Translations under genes and position numbers: made by a program
The notes under the pieces: generated by a model
The model's database searches: none
Seen by the model: the letters and a program-made list of their open reading frames with translations, nothing else
What the model was told of the DNA's origin: nothing
Part shown: one piece after another, positions 38,153-48,086 of the stretch
Layout of the letters: each line of letters opens with the position of its first letter
Position numbering within the stretch: the first letter of the stretch is position 1
IMG/VR virus record: IMGVR_UViG_3300038312_000396
Strand: one strand, 5' to 3'
Source: an uncultured virus (IMG/VR IMGVR_UViG_3300038312_000396)
Taxonomy: Duplodnaviria > Heunggongvirae > Uroviricota > Caudoviricetes
Length of the DNA stretch: 64,000 nt

Positions 38153-39289
38153 TTACACAAAAAGGCTTACATTGTCTTGTGCAAATTTAGCCCATGTAGG
38201 ACAAAGTGCGTTAAACTTAACATTCATCATTATCGAGGTAATAACACTTATTTTCATACAGCTTTTCAGGTCATTGATACCCATTGATTTTGTTTCTAAC
38301 TCTCTGATGTTCAATAACCAATTACAGAAATGAGCAAACTTTGTAATCAATGGCTCAGATGGTCTAAGCATATCACCGACAAATTCTTTTTCAGCATCAG
38401 ACACAAGTCTATTAATTCCCGATTGTATAGTTAAGTGCATTATCTCTGATTGTTTTATCTCAGGGTTTATCTTACCTGCCAGCAAATCATCTATGTCAGG
38501 GATAGAATCTTTAAAGTTGCAAAACGCAAAAAATCTATTCGTTTCTTCAACCCCAATTGCTCCTGCAATTCTATTGTACATCAAATCTTTAGATACTGTT
38601 CCGTTTTCACTTAGAAGTAGTGTATCCGATATTGTTTCCCAAGCTCTAGGCGATCTTGCAACGTCTTCTGCATCCTCTGGAATGTCATGTAAACTATCTG
38701 GTGACCATGATACGTAAGCCAATACCATTGGATGCACACCATTTAGTCTTCCCCAATTTTTAAAGCTGTTTACGTCAGATACAAGGTTATAACAAAATCC
38801 TCTATTTTTCAAAGGCATACTCAATGCGTTATATACCTCAACCATGTCTTCTTCATGATTACCACAAGCAACTATATACCAGCCCTCAGGTAATGTGTAG
38901 TTCTCTAACTGCCCTTTTTCAATTAACTGATAAACAGCAAGTCTTGTTGCTCTTGATGCGCCTGTAATTTCATCTAATAACAAGATGCCCTCTTTACCGT
39001 GTTTTTGTTCATTCGGCAGTGTTCCAGTTGTTAGCCAATTTGCAGTAACTCCGTCTTTATCTGGTGTAGGTATACCTTTAAGATCTGTTTCAGTATAGTT
39101 AGATAAACGTAAGTCTATAAACCCAATACCCAGCTCTTTTGCTAAATTTGCTAATGCTACAGTCTTACCTATACCAAATTGACCTATACCAAATATTGTA
39201 CGTCTTTTCTTCATAGGTAATTTTAACTCTAACCCGACCATATCCACAAATTGTGAAATTGTTAACCCTAATACATTTGCATGTGCCAT
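38153..39289 (-). CDS. MoxR-type AAA+ ATPase
   Basis: GQFGIGKT, IDLRLS, DLKGIP, LLLDEI, IVACGN, LKNR, SPRAWE. Confidence 0.85.
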   Translation of the reverse strand: MAHANVLGLTISQFVDMVGLELKLPMKKRRTIFGIGQFGIGKTVALANLAKELGIGFIDLRLSNYTETDLKGIPTPDKDGVTANWLTTGTLPNEQKHGKEGILLLDEITGASRATRLAVYQLIEKGQLENYTLPEGWYIVACGNHEEDMVEVYNALSMPLKNRGFCYNLVSDVNSFKNWGRLNGVHPMVLAYVSWSPDSLHDIPEDAEDVARSPRAWETISDTLLLSENGTVSKDLMYNRIAGAIGVEETNRFFAFCNFKDSIPDIDDLLAGKINPEIKQSEIMHLTIQSGINRLVSDAEKEFVGDMLRPSEPLITKFAHFCNWLLNIRELETKSMGINDLKSCMKISVITSIMMNVKFNALCPTWAKFAQDNVSLFV

Positions 39290-39361
39290 AACAATCTTCC
39301 TTTCTCGTTTAAAAATTTAAACTCATGTCTATTAACATTTTTGTTAAACGTTTATCCTCTG

Positions 39362-41386
39362 TTACTGCCTAATAAATTTTGCTACCTTACCAAAAGGGGG
39401 TTTAAACGCTCTCTCATTTCCTTGAATTACCCAAATTACATTCTTACTGTAACGCCATTTCTTTATGTCCGTGTAAAAGTACCCATCTGTGAATATAATT
39501 ATTACATAAGGTTTGATTTTACATTCTTTACTGTCAAAATACTCGAATACACAATTTACATCAGTGCCCCCACCCCCAGCGGCTTTGATCTTAGCAAACT
39601 CCTTGATGTCGCTAAACATTCCTGTCTGTGCAACTTTTGTATCCCAATAAATAACTTCCGCATCCATCTTGTATAATTTCAATAACTGGTTTAGTTGCTT
39701 GTAAAATACCCCTAAATCAGTATCTGCTATCGAACCAGACGTGTCAATACAGATTTTAACTCTTTCTAGCATAGTAGGTTCAATCTTTGCCTCTCCAGGT
39801 AACATTAACCCACTGTGTAAATATCTTTTATCAGGACTTGTAAGACTTAAATATCTTTCTGCCGTAGCTGTTAGATACCTTTTAACAAGCTTCTTCCAGT
39901 CAACGACAGGTGCTATTGAATCTTCTATTAGTCGCTCAATATTTCCAGCTTGACTTCCAGCTAATTTAGCATTTGTTAAGCAACCTCTTATCTTGTCTTT
40001 TATTTTTTTAACACGTTCCTTATCTTTTAATTTAGTCTTAGGATCAAATTTTGAACCCTTATTTGATTTTGAGGATTTGTTAGTGTTTTGATCCTTATCG
40101 TGTTTATCTTCTCCACTTTGGTTACAATCATTTTCATTATTCCCAATACCGTTTTCATCCCTGTTAGTGTTTTGATTCTTATCGTGTTTATCTTCTCCAC
40201 TTTGGTTACAATCATTTTCATTATCCTCAGTATCGTTTCCGTCACCATCTTCTGAATCTGCCCCACCATTTCCATCCCTGTTACTGTTTTCGTCATCTGT
40301 TCCATCTTGTCCTTCGCTCTGTCCACTTCCATTATCCTCTTCGTTCTCTTGCATATCCGGTTGTAAGTCATTCCCTAAACCACCTTGTTGGTCATTAATG
40401 TCAACGCTTTCTCCGTTAGGTAATTTTACTGAATTCCCACCACCATTTTGTTGTTGCTTTTTAAGCTCTTTCATTAACTTTTCATACAATGTTTCTGCAT
40501 TTTCAACAGAAGTGTCTATTGATTCCTCTAGTAATAAACCTTTTGGTATTTGTACATCTACTGTCCTGCCCCCTAATCCTGTTACTCTTGTTACCTTTCT
40601 TCGGTCTAAATTAAACTCCTCAACAAGCATTTTGTTAATTATTAAATCACAAGCAAGATTATATACTCTAAGATTTTTACCTTTTACTCTTTCATTGTGC
40701 ATCAGCGATATGTGAAGTAATTCATGCATATTAACAAACAGCAATTCTGAAAAAGTCAACTCTGCAACAAATTCAGGATTTATAAATAAAGTATCAATAC
40801 TAACCGCCATTGTAGGCACGTCTTTTTCAACACGTTTTAGCCCTTGATATAATATACCGTAAAAAGGTCTTAGTTTACGCAACGTGATCATTGACTTCAC
40901 AAGCTTCTGTTCAACTGTTAAGTCGCTGTGCTTATCTTTTATTTTGCTTGAACGCTCAAAAGAGGTGTTATTAATACTTCCACCAACCTTTTCAGTATAT
41001 ATTTCCTCAAAGTTAATTACCTGTGTTTGATTAAATTCTTCCTTAACTTCTTCTGTAGTCTGTTCAATAGGTTTATCATGTGTAGGCTCTATAACAAGAT
41101 TAGCTTCTTTTGGTTTATTCTGTTTATTTGCATAGGATACTGTCTTAGCTTTTACTTTTACAATGCCCTCTGGAAATGTACCAAGTTTAGCCCTTAAATG
41201 CTCTTTTCCATTTTCCTGTACAACAACTATCGCATTAAGTATAGTCTTGTTTTTTGTCAATTCTATGCACTTTTTAACAGGTAAATACATTACCTTATAC
41301 TCTCTTGCCGTTTTATTAACACGTACTTGATACCCTAAAACTGCTCCTGATTCTGTACGAACCCTCTTTAAAATGTTTGCCCACAT
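39362..41386 (-). CDS. HExxH metallopeptidase-like + vWA (DUF2201-type) protein
   Basis: PFYG, TMAV, MHELLHI, NLACDLIIN; low-complexity linker; MIDAS IDTSGSI, GGGGTD, IFTDGY. Confidence 0.85.
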   Translation of the reverse strand: MWANILKRVRTESGAVLGYQVRVNKTAREYKVMYLPVKKCIELTKNKTILNAIVVVQENGKEHLRAKLGTFPEGIVKVKAKTVSYANKQNKPKEANLVIEPTHDKPIEQTTEEVKEEFNQTQVINFEEIYTEKVGGSINNTSFERSSKIKDKHSDLTVEQKLVKSMITLRKLRPFYGILYQGLKRVEKDVPTMAVSIDTLFINPEFVAELTFSELLFVNMHELLHISLMHNERVKGKNLRVYNLACDLIINKMLVEEFNLDRRKVTRVTGLGGRTVDVQIPKGLLLEESIDTSVENAETLYEKLMKELKKQQQNGGGNSVKLPNGESVDINDQQGGLGNDLQPDMQENEEDNGSGQSEGQDGTDDENSNRDGNGGADSEDGDGNDTEDNENDCNQSGEDKHDKNQNTNRDENGIGNNENDCNQSGEDKHDKDQNTNKSSKSNKGSKFDPKTKLKDKERVKKIKDKIRGCLTNAKLAGSQAGNIERLIEDSIAPVVDWKKLVKRYLTATAERYLSLTSPDKRYLHSGLMLPGEAKIEPTMLERVKICIDTSGSIADTDLGVFYKQLNQLLKLYKMDAEVIYWDTKVAQTGMFSDIKEFAKIKAAGGGGTDVNCVFEYFDSKECKIKPYVIIIFTDGYFYTDIKKWRYSKNVIWVIQGNERAFKPPFGKVAKFIRQ
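40078..40224. repeat. in-frame direct repeat (two ~63-bp copies, 84-bp period) in the vWA linker
   Basis: NENDCNQSGEDKHDK[N/D]QNTN encoded twice, one mismatch. Confidence 0.9.
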
Positions 41387-41436
41387 GAATTTTCAACTCC
41401 TTTATCTACTTTAAAATAGAGTCCTAAAATATGTAA

Positions 41437-41472
41437 TAGGCTCACACCACTAACCCTTTATGTGTGAGCCTA
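41437..41472 (-). terminator. hairpin after the polymerase gene
   Basis: TAGGCTCACAC/GTGTGAGCCTA. Confidence 0.55.
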
Positions 41473-41487
41473 CACTTAAATATTTTG

Positions 41488-44400
41488 TCAAGCCATAATA
41501 CTCTCTAATGTCCTGTTCTTTAATACATAATCCATTAATTTTCGACTGTACTGATACCCAATCGCAAATTCTTTTATTTCACTATAACTGTCCTGTGTCA
41601 TGTAAACTAATTTAACAAGGTAATCCTCGTCCTCGTCTCTATGTTTTATGATGAATCGCTTGATTGCTTCAATCTTTCCTATGTCTAATCCTGCCAAATT
41701 TAGTATAAGCTGTTCACTATCTGCATAATACCCTATTGTCAATAAATAATCATCACCCGTGATTCCACCAATGTGTATATCCTCTAAAAGCATAATTTCT
41801 TTATCCTTAATCGCTTCTTCCTTAACTTCCTCTTTAATTGATTCTGGATCAATGATTTTTATTGATGTAGGCTCAATGTCAGGCATATATACTGTTATAA
41901 AACTCTCCAGTAAACCCTCTAAGCCCTCTTTTGTAGGTTTGTTTAATGTAAGTGCAGACTTCAATTGTAACGATGATTTGTCAACATTTGCGCCATCTAT
42001 GAGTAGATCACCGACATAATACCCTTTGTTTGTATCTTGTAACATTGCATAAGCATAAGGTCTGATTACCTTATCCATATTATCTGGATTCATCATGTAA
42101 TCTGTTAAGTACCTTATCTTATATGCTTTTATTTCCCTACCCATTAGTTCAACTACATCCCCTGAGGTATAATGCTCACTTTCAGACCAATATATAGAGT
42201 CCGCTTTACCGTACAATTGATGTCCTGCCTGTGTGTTAAGCTCAGATAAATCACTCTTAGCTTCATACCATGAATGTCCAAACCCAACACCGCAAAATAC
42301 AGGACAAAATCCCTTATAGTCGTATTCCATACATTCTCTTACTAACCATTGAATAAAGTAAGGATTTATGTCGTTTCTTACTTCTAAGAGTATCTCGTCA
42401 TGTACGAACGCTAGCATTTTTACTTTATCCCACAGGTCATACTTTTTAATATGGTACATCATTCTGATACAATTAAGCTTGAATATGTCTGCTGCCGTTC
42501 CCTGTATAACTGCATTTCCCGCCTGTTTTCTAATCGAATTAACTGAGTACTTTATAAAGTCATAATACCGTCTCCGCTTAAATGCTGTTGTCGTGTATCC
42601 GTTTTGAACAGCCCTGTCTCTTGTATCCTCAAAAAAGTGCAATACTTTTTCTTGTCCTTCAAAATATACCTTACGAAGTCCAGCTGCTTTCATTTTGGTC
42701 TCATTATTACGTTTACCAAATATGTTATACCCAAGCGTACTGTCGCCCATTCCGAAAGGTAAACCAAAATTGATCGCTTTTGCCTGTTTACGTAATGATT
42801 TTTGTACTAATTCATAAGGTATTTTAAACATTCTTGATGTTTGATAAGTATGATAGTCTTTTTCAAAGTCTTTAAACATTTCTAACAATGCTTCTTGTTT
42901 TGATAATGTTGCCGTTACCCTGTACTCTATCTGCGATAAGTCTGAGTCTACTAAATAATACCCCTCTCTGGCTTTTATATATTTGCGTACCCAGTCATTA
43001 GCTTGCTGATAATTAGGTTTAGATGCTGATGTTCTTCCTGTCCTCGCTCCCATACTCATTGTAGACGGGTATATATTCCCGTATTTATCCATTTGTTCAG
43101 GTAGAGGCTTAATAAATAACTTTATCATTTGTGATATTGTCCTGTATTCTTTAATTGCAAGTATGAAATCATCTTCATATAGTTGCTTTAAAACCTCTTT
43201 CTTTGTGCTTGTAATTTCATGTCCTTTTGACTGCAATACTTCAAGTAATTGAGCAGGAGAATCCATGTTAAACGTCTTTCCCGCACCCCAGTATATTATA
43301 TCTAACAGCCTGTCCTTTTCTTCTAAAAGCTCTGCATTAAGCTTGTCTACTTCATTTGGTGGCATGTGATACCCCCAAAACTCTTGATACCCTATACACT
43401 TTGCGAAGCCAACCTCTATAGCGTAAGGTATTGTTTGATTTGTCTCTTCTAGTTCTTTATTAAGTACATCTAATATTTCATCTAAGTTATCAACGTCAGC
43501 AGGAGCATATGCCAACACATAGTCCTCAGGTAAATCTCTAAATGTAAAAGGCATTTTACTCCAATCTCCAACAGGTGAAAAATCACTTAAATCAAGTACT
43601 TTTCTTCCTGTTATCTTATACGTCAGTTCTTTTAAACCATAATCAGAGTATTTATGAATTAATAGCTGTGCCGCTAACTGTGAATCTTCACAAAAATTAC
43701 TGTCTATCCCGTAAATATATCCTACTTTCCAGTCAAAGCTTATGTTAGCGTTTGCAAGTTCCTTTTCTTCCAGTATAGGCTTTAAATACCCCATCATTAT
43801 CCAATCATTTACTTCTGTTAAATCATCATCCTCTATTGCCTGCTTAAGTTCATCTTTCTTGCCAGTGTCATAATGAAAACCGTCTATGTCTGAAAGTATT
43901 TTTTCCTTTTCTGAATCTGTAAGTTCTGTAAATATGTTTTCCATATCAGTGTGATAAACAGGAATATAATAGTTTACATCCTTATACTTTGAATCTAAAG
44001 GATGATCTGTTTTCATTAATTTGTTAACCGATATTGCTAAACCCACCATCCTATCAGCTTCACGTGTCCTCGACTTAGAGTTTATTTTCAAGCCTGTTGT
44101 TTCATAGTCAGCCTTTATCACTCTCTTTGTCTCTTTTAAATATTGCAGGTATTCAAAAAAATCAGAAACCTTGTTAAGTTTCCAATACTTCTTGTCTTTT
44201 ATATACCCCATATCCTTTTTTTCTAATAAATACTGTAGGTCAACTAATAACGATCTTACAGAGTCATACCCTATTTCTACTCTCTCTTTAAAGTTTGCCG
44301 CTGTAATATTCGTGCTAAACGGATTTGCTATTTGAAGTGTTTTATACTTTATTGATGTTAAGTATTCAGTATACTCAGGTATGTTGTAAAACTCTATCTC

Positions 44401-44898
44401 AACCTTTATTTTCCCACTTGAAAAGCTTAAATTCCCACTTATAATATCTTGTTTTATAGAGGTAAATTTACCCTGTATATCTGTGTAAGTAAAATCCTTT
44501 TCGCTTATGATACCCTTTAAATTAAACTCATAAGTATCCTCTGTCTTTGTCTTGTAAACTATATACTCTGTCTGGTATTGAGCATAGCAAGCCGTTTTTA
44601 TCGCAAGCCCAATAAAATGGAATATTCCTTTTTTGTTACCAACATACTGTAAGGTTCTGGCTTTCTTTCTAATCAAAAATCCACAAGGTTGGTTTTCGTG
44701 CATGAAAAGCTCATTAAATAAAAAGTCAATTCCCTCTTTACATGCTTTATTAAATACTTTTTCATTATTAAGTATCCACAGTAATGAATAGTCAGTATTA
44801 CCTGTGGGTTCACCATCTAATCTTAATGTGCCCGCTTGATCGCAACCTTTTAATTTAAGCTTATATTTATCATTAAGTGTAAGAACCCCTGTTAACAA
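41488..44898 (-). CDS. polA: family A DNA polymerase with 3'-5' exonuclease
   Basis: Exo I ADYETTGL; RTGRTSASKPNYQQ; motif A DLSQIEYR; motif B RKQAKAINFGLPFG; NAVIQGTAAD; motif C VHDEIL. Confidence 0.92.
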   Translation of the reverse strand: MLTGVLTLNDKYKLKLKGCDQAGTLRLDGEPTGNTDYSLLWILNNEKVFNKACKEGIDFLFNELFMHENQPCGFLIRKKARTLQYVGNKKGIFHFIGLAIKTACYAQYQTEYIVYKTKTEDTYEFNLKGIISEKDFTYTDIQGKFTSIKQDIISGNLSFSSGKIKVEIEFYNIPEYTEYLTSIKYKTLQIANPFSTNITAANFKERVEIGYDSVRSLLVDLQYLLEKKDMGYIKDKKYWKLNKVSDFFEYLQYLKETKRVIKADYETTGLKINSKSRTREADRMVGLAISVNKLMKTDHPLDSKYKDVNYYIPVYHTDMENIFTELTDSEKEKILSDIDGFHYDTGKKDELKQAIEDDDLTEVNDWIMMGYLKPILEEKELANANISFDWKVGYIYGIDSNFCEDSQLAAQLLIHKYSDYGLKELTYKITGRKVLDLSDFSPVGDWSKMPFTFRDLPEDYVLAYAPADVDNLDEILDVLNKELEETNQTIPYAIEVGFAKCIGYQEFWGYHMPPNEVDKLNAELLEEKDRLLDIIYWGAGKTFNMDSPAQLLEVLQSKGHEITSTKKEVLKQLYEDDFILAIKEYRTISQMIKLFIKPLPEQMDKYGNIYPSTMSMGARTGRTSASKPNYQQANDWVRKYIKAREGYYLVDSDLSQIEYRVTATLSKQEALLEMFKDFEKDYHTYQTSRMFKIPYELVQKSLRKQAKAINFGLPFGMGDSTLGYNIFGKRNNETKMKAAGLRKVYFEGQEKVLHFFEDTRDRAVQNGYTTTAFKRRRYYDFIKYSVNSIRKQAGNAVIQGTAADIFKLNCIRMMYHIKKYDLWDKVKMLAFVHDEILLEVRNDINPYFIQWLVRECMEYDYKGFCPVFCGVGFGHSWYEAKSDLSELNTQAGHQLYGKADSIYWSESEHYTSGDVVELMGREIKAYKIRYLTDYMMNPDNMDKVIRPYAYAMLQDTNKGYYVGDLLIDGANVDKSSLQLKSALTLNKPTKEGLEGLLESFITVYMPDIEPTSIKIIDPESIKEEVKEEAIKDKEIMLLEDIHIGGITGDDYLLTIGYYADSEQLILNLAGLDIGKIEAIKRFIIKHRDEDEDYLVKLVYMTQDSYSEIKEFAIGYQYSRKLMDYVLKNRTLESIMA

Positions 44899-45405
44899 CT
44901 ATTCATCCCCCTTAAATATATCAATAACGTTCACGTATTCCTCTTCATTGATTTCTTCTAAGAAGTTATCGGTAACATAACAGTCGTTAGCATATTTTTG
45001 TGCGAAACATGAGGTATCGGAAGTAATTCCAAGTGAGCCTACTTCTAAGTCTTTCATTTGACTTATAATACGCTTGAATTGATCGTTGTACCTTAGAGGA
45101 CAACCAGACTTTTTAAACCATGAAACAAAAGCGTCATTATTGCTTACAAAGACAAGTTTGTAACACTCTTTAAAGTCCTGCGGATTTCTCTTTATCATGC
45201 TAAGTGCATATTCCAAGTTATCCAATAAAAGATCATATTGATTTTTTGCCTTTTTAATTCTGTTCTTTGACACAAATACATATTCTGGCGGTGTGCCTAT
45301 TTCGGTGTACACTACAACAGGATAGTAAGTAATATTCTTATTTTTATTATTTTTTGGATTAATGTGAACCCAGTATGTATTACTCATTATGTTTACCCCT
45401 TTCAA
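44899..45405 (-). CDS. hypothetical protein (weak RNase H-like pattern)
   Basis: ORF adjacent to polymerase; only secondary-structure-like resemblance. Confidence 0.45.
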   Translation of the reverse strand: MKGVNIMSNTYWVHINPKNNKNKNITYYPVVVYTEIGTPPEYVFVSKNRIKKAKNQYDLLLDNLEYALSMIKRNPQDFKECYKLVFVSNNDAFVSWFKKSGCPLRYNDQFKRIISQMKDLEVGSLGITSDTSCFAQKYANDCYVTDNFLEEINEEEYVNVIDIFKGDE

Positions 45406-45420
45406 ATTGCGGATAATTAA

Positions 45421-45451
45421 AAAAGTTAGACTAAGTAATAATCTAACTTTT
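45421..45451 (-). terminator. terminator-like hairpin
   Basis: AAAAGTTAGA/TCTAACTTTT. Confidence 0.5.
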
Positions 45452-45483
45452 ATTATTGCTATAACCCTATATACAATTTGTAC

Positions 45484-46002
45484 TTAACCAACTTTTTGTC
45501 TGGATTTGTCTACGACGTTTTGCATAATTGCGACTACCTCTTTTATGCTTTTACCCGATTCTTTTATAAAATAATACAAATCTTTCCCTTGCCTGTCTAC
45601 GATTTTACGCCTTTTTGTAACCTTTATATCCCCTTTTAATGCCCCTAATATATAATCAAAAACAGGTCGATCTTCTACTAAAAGTCTCTCACACTCCGAT
45701 TTTAAAGATAATTCAGAATCCTTAATGTCAAACTCCGGCTCAATGTAAGAGTCTGAGTACTCTTCGACGAATTCTTCCTTATCTCTCATGCCATCATAAA
45801 TGTTATAGCAAGCATGTTTTACACAAACATTTATATAGTGTTTGAAACTGCTCTTATCAGGATCAAAAGGAGAAGATATAAGTAGCTCAATTGTTCTACC
45901 TAATACATCTTCTTGATTAACTCCATACTGCCGATGTACTATGCTTACAACTTTTTGTATTTGCGGCATATGTTTGCTTACTAACGCCATTGTCTTATAC
46001 AA
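45484..46002 (-). CDS. putative phage sigma-70-family factor
   Basis: Region 2-like LVSKHMPQIQKVV...QEDVL...FDPDKSSFKHYI. Confidence 0.5.
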   Translation of the reverse strand: MYKTMALVSKHMPQIQKVVSIVHRQYGVNQEDVLGRTIELLISSPFDPDKSSFKHYINVCVKHACYNIYDGMRDKEEFVEEYSDSYIEPEFDIKDSELSLKSECERLLVEDRPVFDYILGALKGDIKVTKRRKIVDRQGKDLYYFIKESGKSIKEVVAIMQNVVDKSRQKVG

Positions 46003-46032
46003 CTTATATCACTCCCCTCTATTCTTTAATTG

Positions 46033-46620
46033 TTACGCTCTTGCCTTTACGTAAGAAAAAGCGTTTTCATATCCCAAAAATTCTTTTAATAATTCACTAA
46101 AGTCAGGTAACGTGCATAGAGTTCTAATCTTAATCATAGTCCCCTCTACAGGTGCGCCTTTAACATTTGTTTCACAAGCCAACAATGCGTCAACCAATTC
46201 ACTTTCGGCATAACCGTATTCATCTAACTTATTTATCATTTTTTCATAAGTCTGCTGTACAGATATTTTGTCCTCAATCACAGCGTAACCCTTTTCTTCT
46301 ACGCTGATTGCTAAATCACTTATTGTTCCAAATGAAGTTTCTTCTGAATCTTCCCCTGACTTGTCTACGATATTAACTTCTTTTTTGATTGACTTACCTT
46401 TTCCGATTTGTTTTTGTTGCCTGTAAGAATTTTCGATTTTTCTGTTAAGATGTAAAAATGCTGTTACTGAAAAATTTTCGTCTGTTCCCTCAAATATGCG
46501 GTCGATTGTTTTGTTTGATGCGTTAGCAATTACCTCTGCTTGCCCTTGAGTGGTAACCCTAATGCTTTTTAGTTCCTGTGCAAGTTCTGCCATTTGTAAT
46601 AATTGTCTGTCTGTACTCAT
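46033..46620 (-). CDS. hypothetical protein (start revised to ATG at 46620, RBS GAGG)
   Basis: The upstream in-frame extension is AT-run-rich and contains a promoter-like site. Confidence 0.55.
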   Translation of the reverse strand: MSTDRQLLQMAELAQELKSIRVTTQGQAEVIANASNKTIDRIFEGTDENFSVTAFLHLNRKIENSYRQQKQIGKGKSIKKEVNIVDKSGEDSEETSFGTISDLAISVEEKGYAVIEDKISVQQTYEKMINKLDEYGYAESELVDALLACETNVKGAPVEGTMIKIRTLCTLPDFSELLKEFLGYENAFSYVKARA

Positions 46621-46684
46621 GTTTACCTCGCTTTCCGAGCCGGATTTTTTTTTAAAAAAATCTGACAAATTTTTCATTACCAAT

Positions 46685-46713
46685 AGCTTATCATATTTTT
46701 TTAAAAAATGCAA
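46685..46713 (-). promoter_or_regulatory. possible extended -10 promoter
   Basis: TTGCAT-17 bp-TAAGCT with TG at the extended position. Confidence 0.4.
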
Positions 46714-46788
46714 TAGATTTTTTAAAACTTTTTAAAATCCCAATTAATTCCTTTTTAAGCTTACATTTTTTCCAAATTATATAATTTT

Positions 46789-47103
46789 TCATAGCTCAAT
46801 ATCCTCTAAAGTTACATCAAGTTTGTTCAAGTAATAATTATTCCCCCTTTTTTGAACCTTATATTCCTTTACTTCTGTTTGAGAATCAAAGTCTAACTTT
46901 TTCCTTATAGGCTTACTTGACTTGACTAAATTATTTATCCCCTTTAAAGTCGGAATCCCCCAAGTATCCCCTATATATAACCCCTTTTTACTATAAGCTA
47001 ACGCCCTCGCTAAAGGATGTGCCTCATTATCCAAAACATCTGAATATTCGACACAACCCCCCACATCACCATCTTTTAATTCTGTTTCAAGTATTCTTTT
47101 CAT
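46789..47103 (-). CDS. hypothetical protein
   Basis: Overlaps upstream stop codon. Confidence 0.5.
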   Translation of the reverse strand: MKRILETELKDGDVGGCVEYSDVLDNEAHPLARALAYSKKGLYIGDTWGIPTLKGINNLVKSSKPIRKKLDFDSQTEVKEYKVQKRGNNYYLNKLDVTLEDIEL

Positions 47104-48086
47104 ATGTGACCCCTCCTAGACATTGTGTAAAGCGAATGCAGTAATGCTGTCTCTGACTTACTATTATTTAATGTGACATAAAAACTTATTATCTCTATAT
47201 AAGATAACCCTTTTAATACCCTCATGTATTTTGATATTTTATGTATTGATAGGTACTTTAATTCTATAGGAAACTGTTCTCTTAGGTTATCATAATCTAT
47301 TGGTGCTACGCTACAAATATACCCCTCTTGGTATAGCTTTTTTACAAACAACAAGTCTTTAAACATGTTCGTTAATATAGTGTGCGCTCTGTTAAACCCC
47401 TCTTGCACTATAAAAAACTTATACTGTCTAATAAATTTTTTATCTTTACGCTCTGTTCCAGTACGACCGTCTATTACACTTCTAAAAAGTATCCAAGAGT
47501 TTGTGTTTATACTCCTAAATTTCTTTACTACACTATACTCAACATGATCATATTTCCGACACTCAAACAGAAAGTCATAAAAAATCTCTGTGTCATACTT
47601 TAAATTATTTAAAACATGATACTCTGCTTTTGGATCTATACTTTTTATGAACATCTGTAACAAATACTTTATACTGTCCTTATTAACCCAATTTAATGAG
47701 AGTTTTAAACAAGTTGATTTTTTAGGCAGCACATCTCGTAATTCTTTTTCTAGCTGTAAGAATTTCGCATATTTAGCCGTGGAAAAAAGATAAATAGCAT
47801 TTTCAGAATAAGTTAATTTCGCCAACACCTTTTTAATATCACTACACCTGTCCACATGAATATATACTAACCACATATCCTCTATTAAATGCTTAGATTC
47901 TACAATGTTAGTTTCCCCTGCGGTAGTAATACTCTCTACTTCTATTAAGTTATATGAAGAAGTAGACGCATTATATCTTTGTTTGTAGTAATCAAATATC
48001 ATCAATGACATTTTTGAGTAAGAACAATTCAACAAAACAAATTGATTGTCTTCTTGTATACTCATTATACCCTCTCTAATTAGCAT
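47100..48086 (-). CDS. hypothetical protein (possibly clamp-loader delta-like)
   Basis: Size and context only; no diagnostic motif. Confidence 0.45.
   Translation of the reverse strand: MLIREGIMSIQEDNQFVLLNCSYSKMSLMIFDYYKQRYNASTSSYNLIEVESITTAGETNIVESKHLIEDMWLVYIHVDRCSDIKKVLAKLTYSENAIYLFSTAKYAKFLQLEKELRDVLPKKSTCLKLSLNWVNKDSIKYLLQMFIKSIDPKAEYHVLNNLKYDTEIFYDFLFECRKYDHVEYSVVKKFRSINTNSWILFRSVIDGRTGTERKDKKFIRQYKFFIVQEGFNRAHTILTNMFKDLLFVKKLYQEGYICSVAPIDYDNLREQFPIELKYLSIHKISKYMRVLKGLSYIEIISFYVTLNNSKSETALLHSLYTMSRRGHI

Noticed and set aside
46621..46788. AT-rich stretch as a replication origin
   Set aside because: No iterons or DnaA boxes seen; better explained as a promoter region
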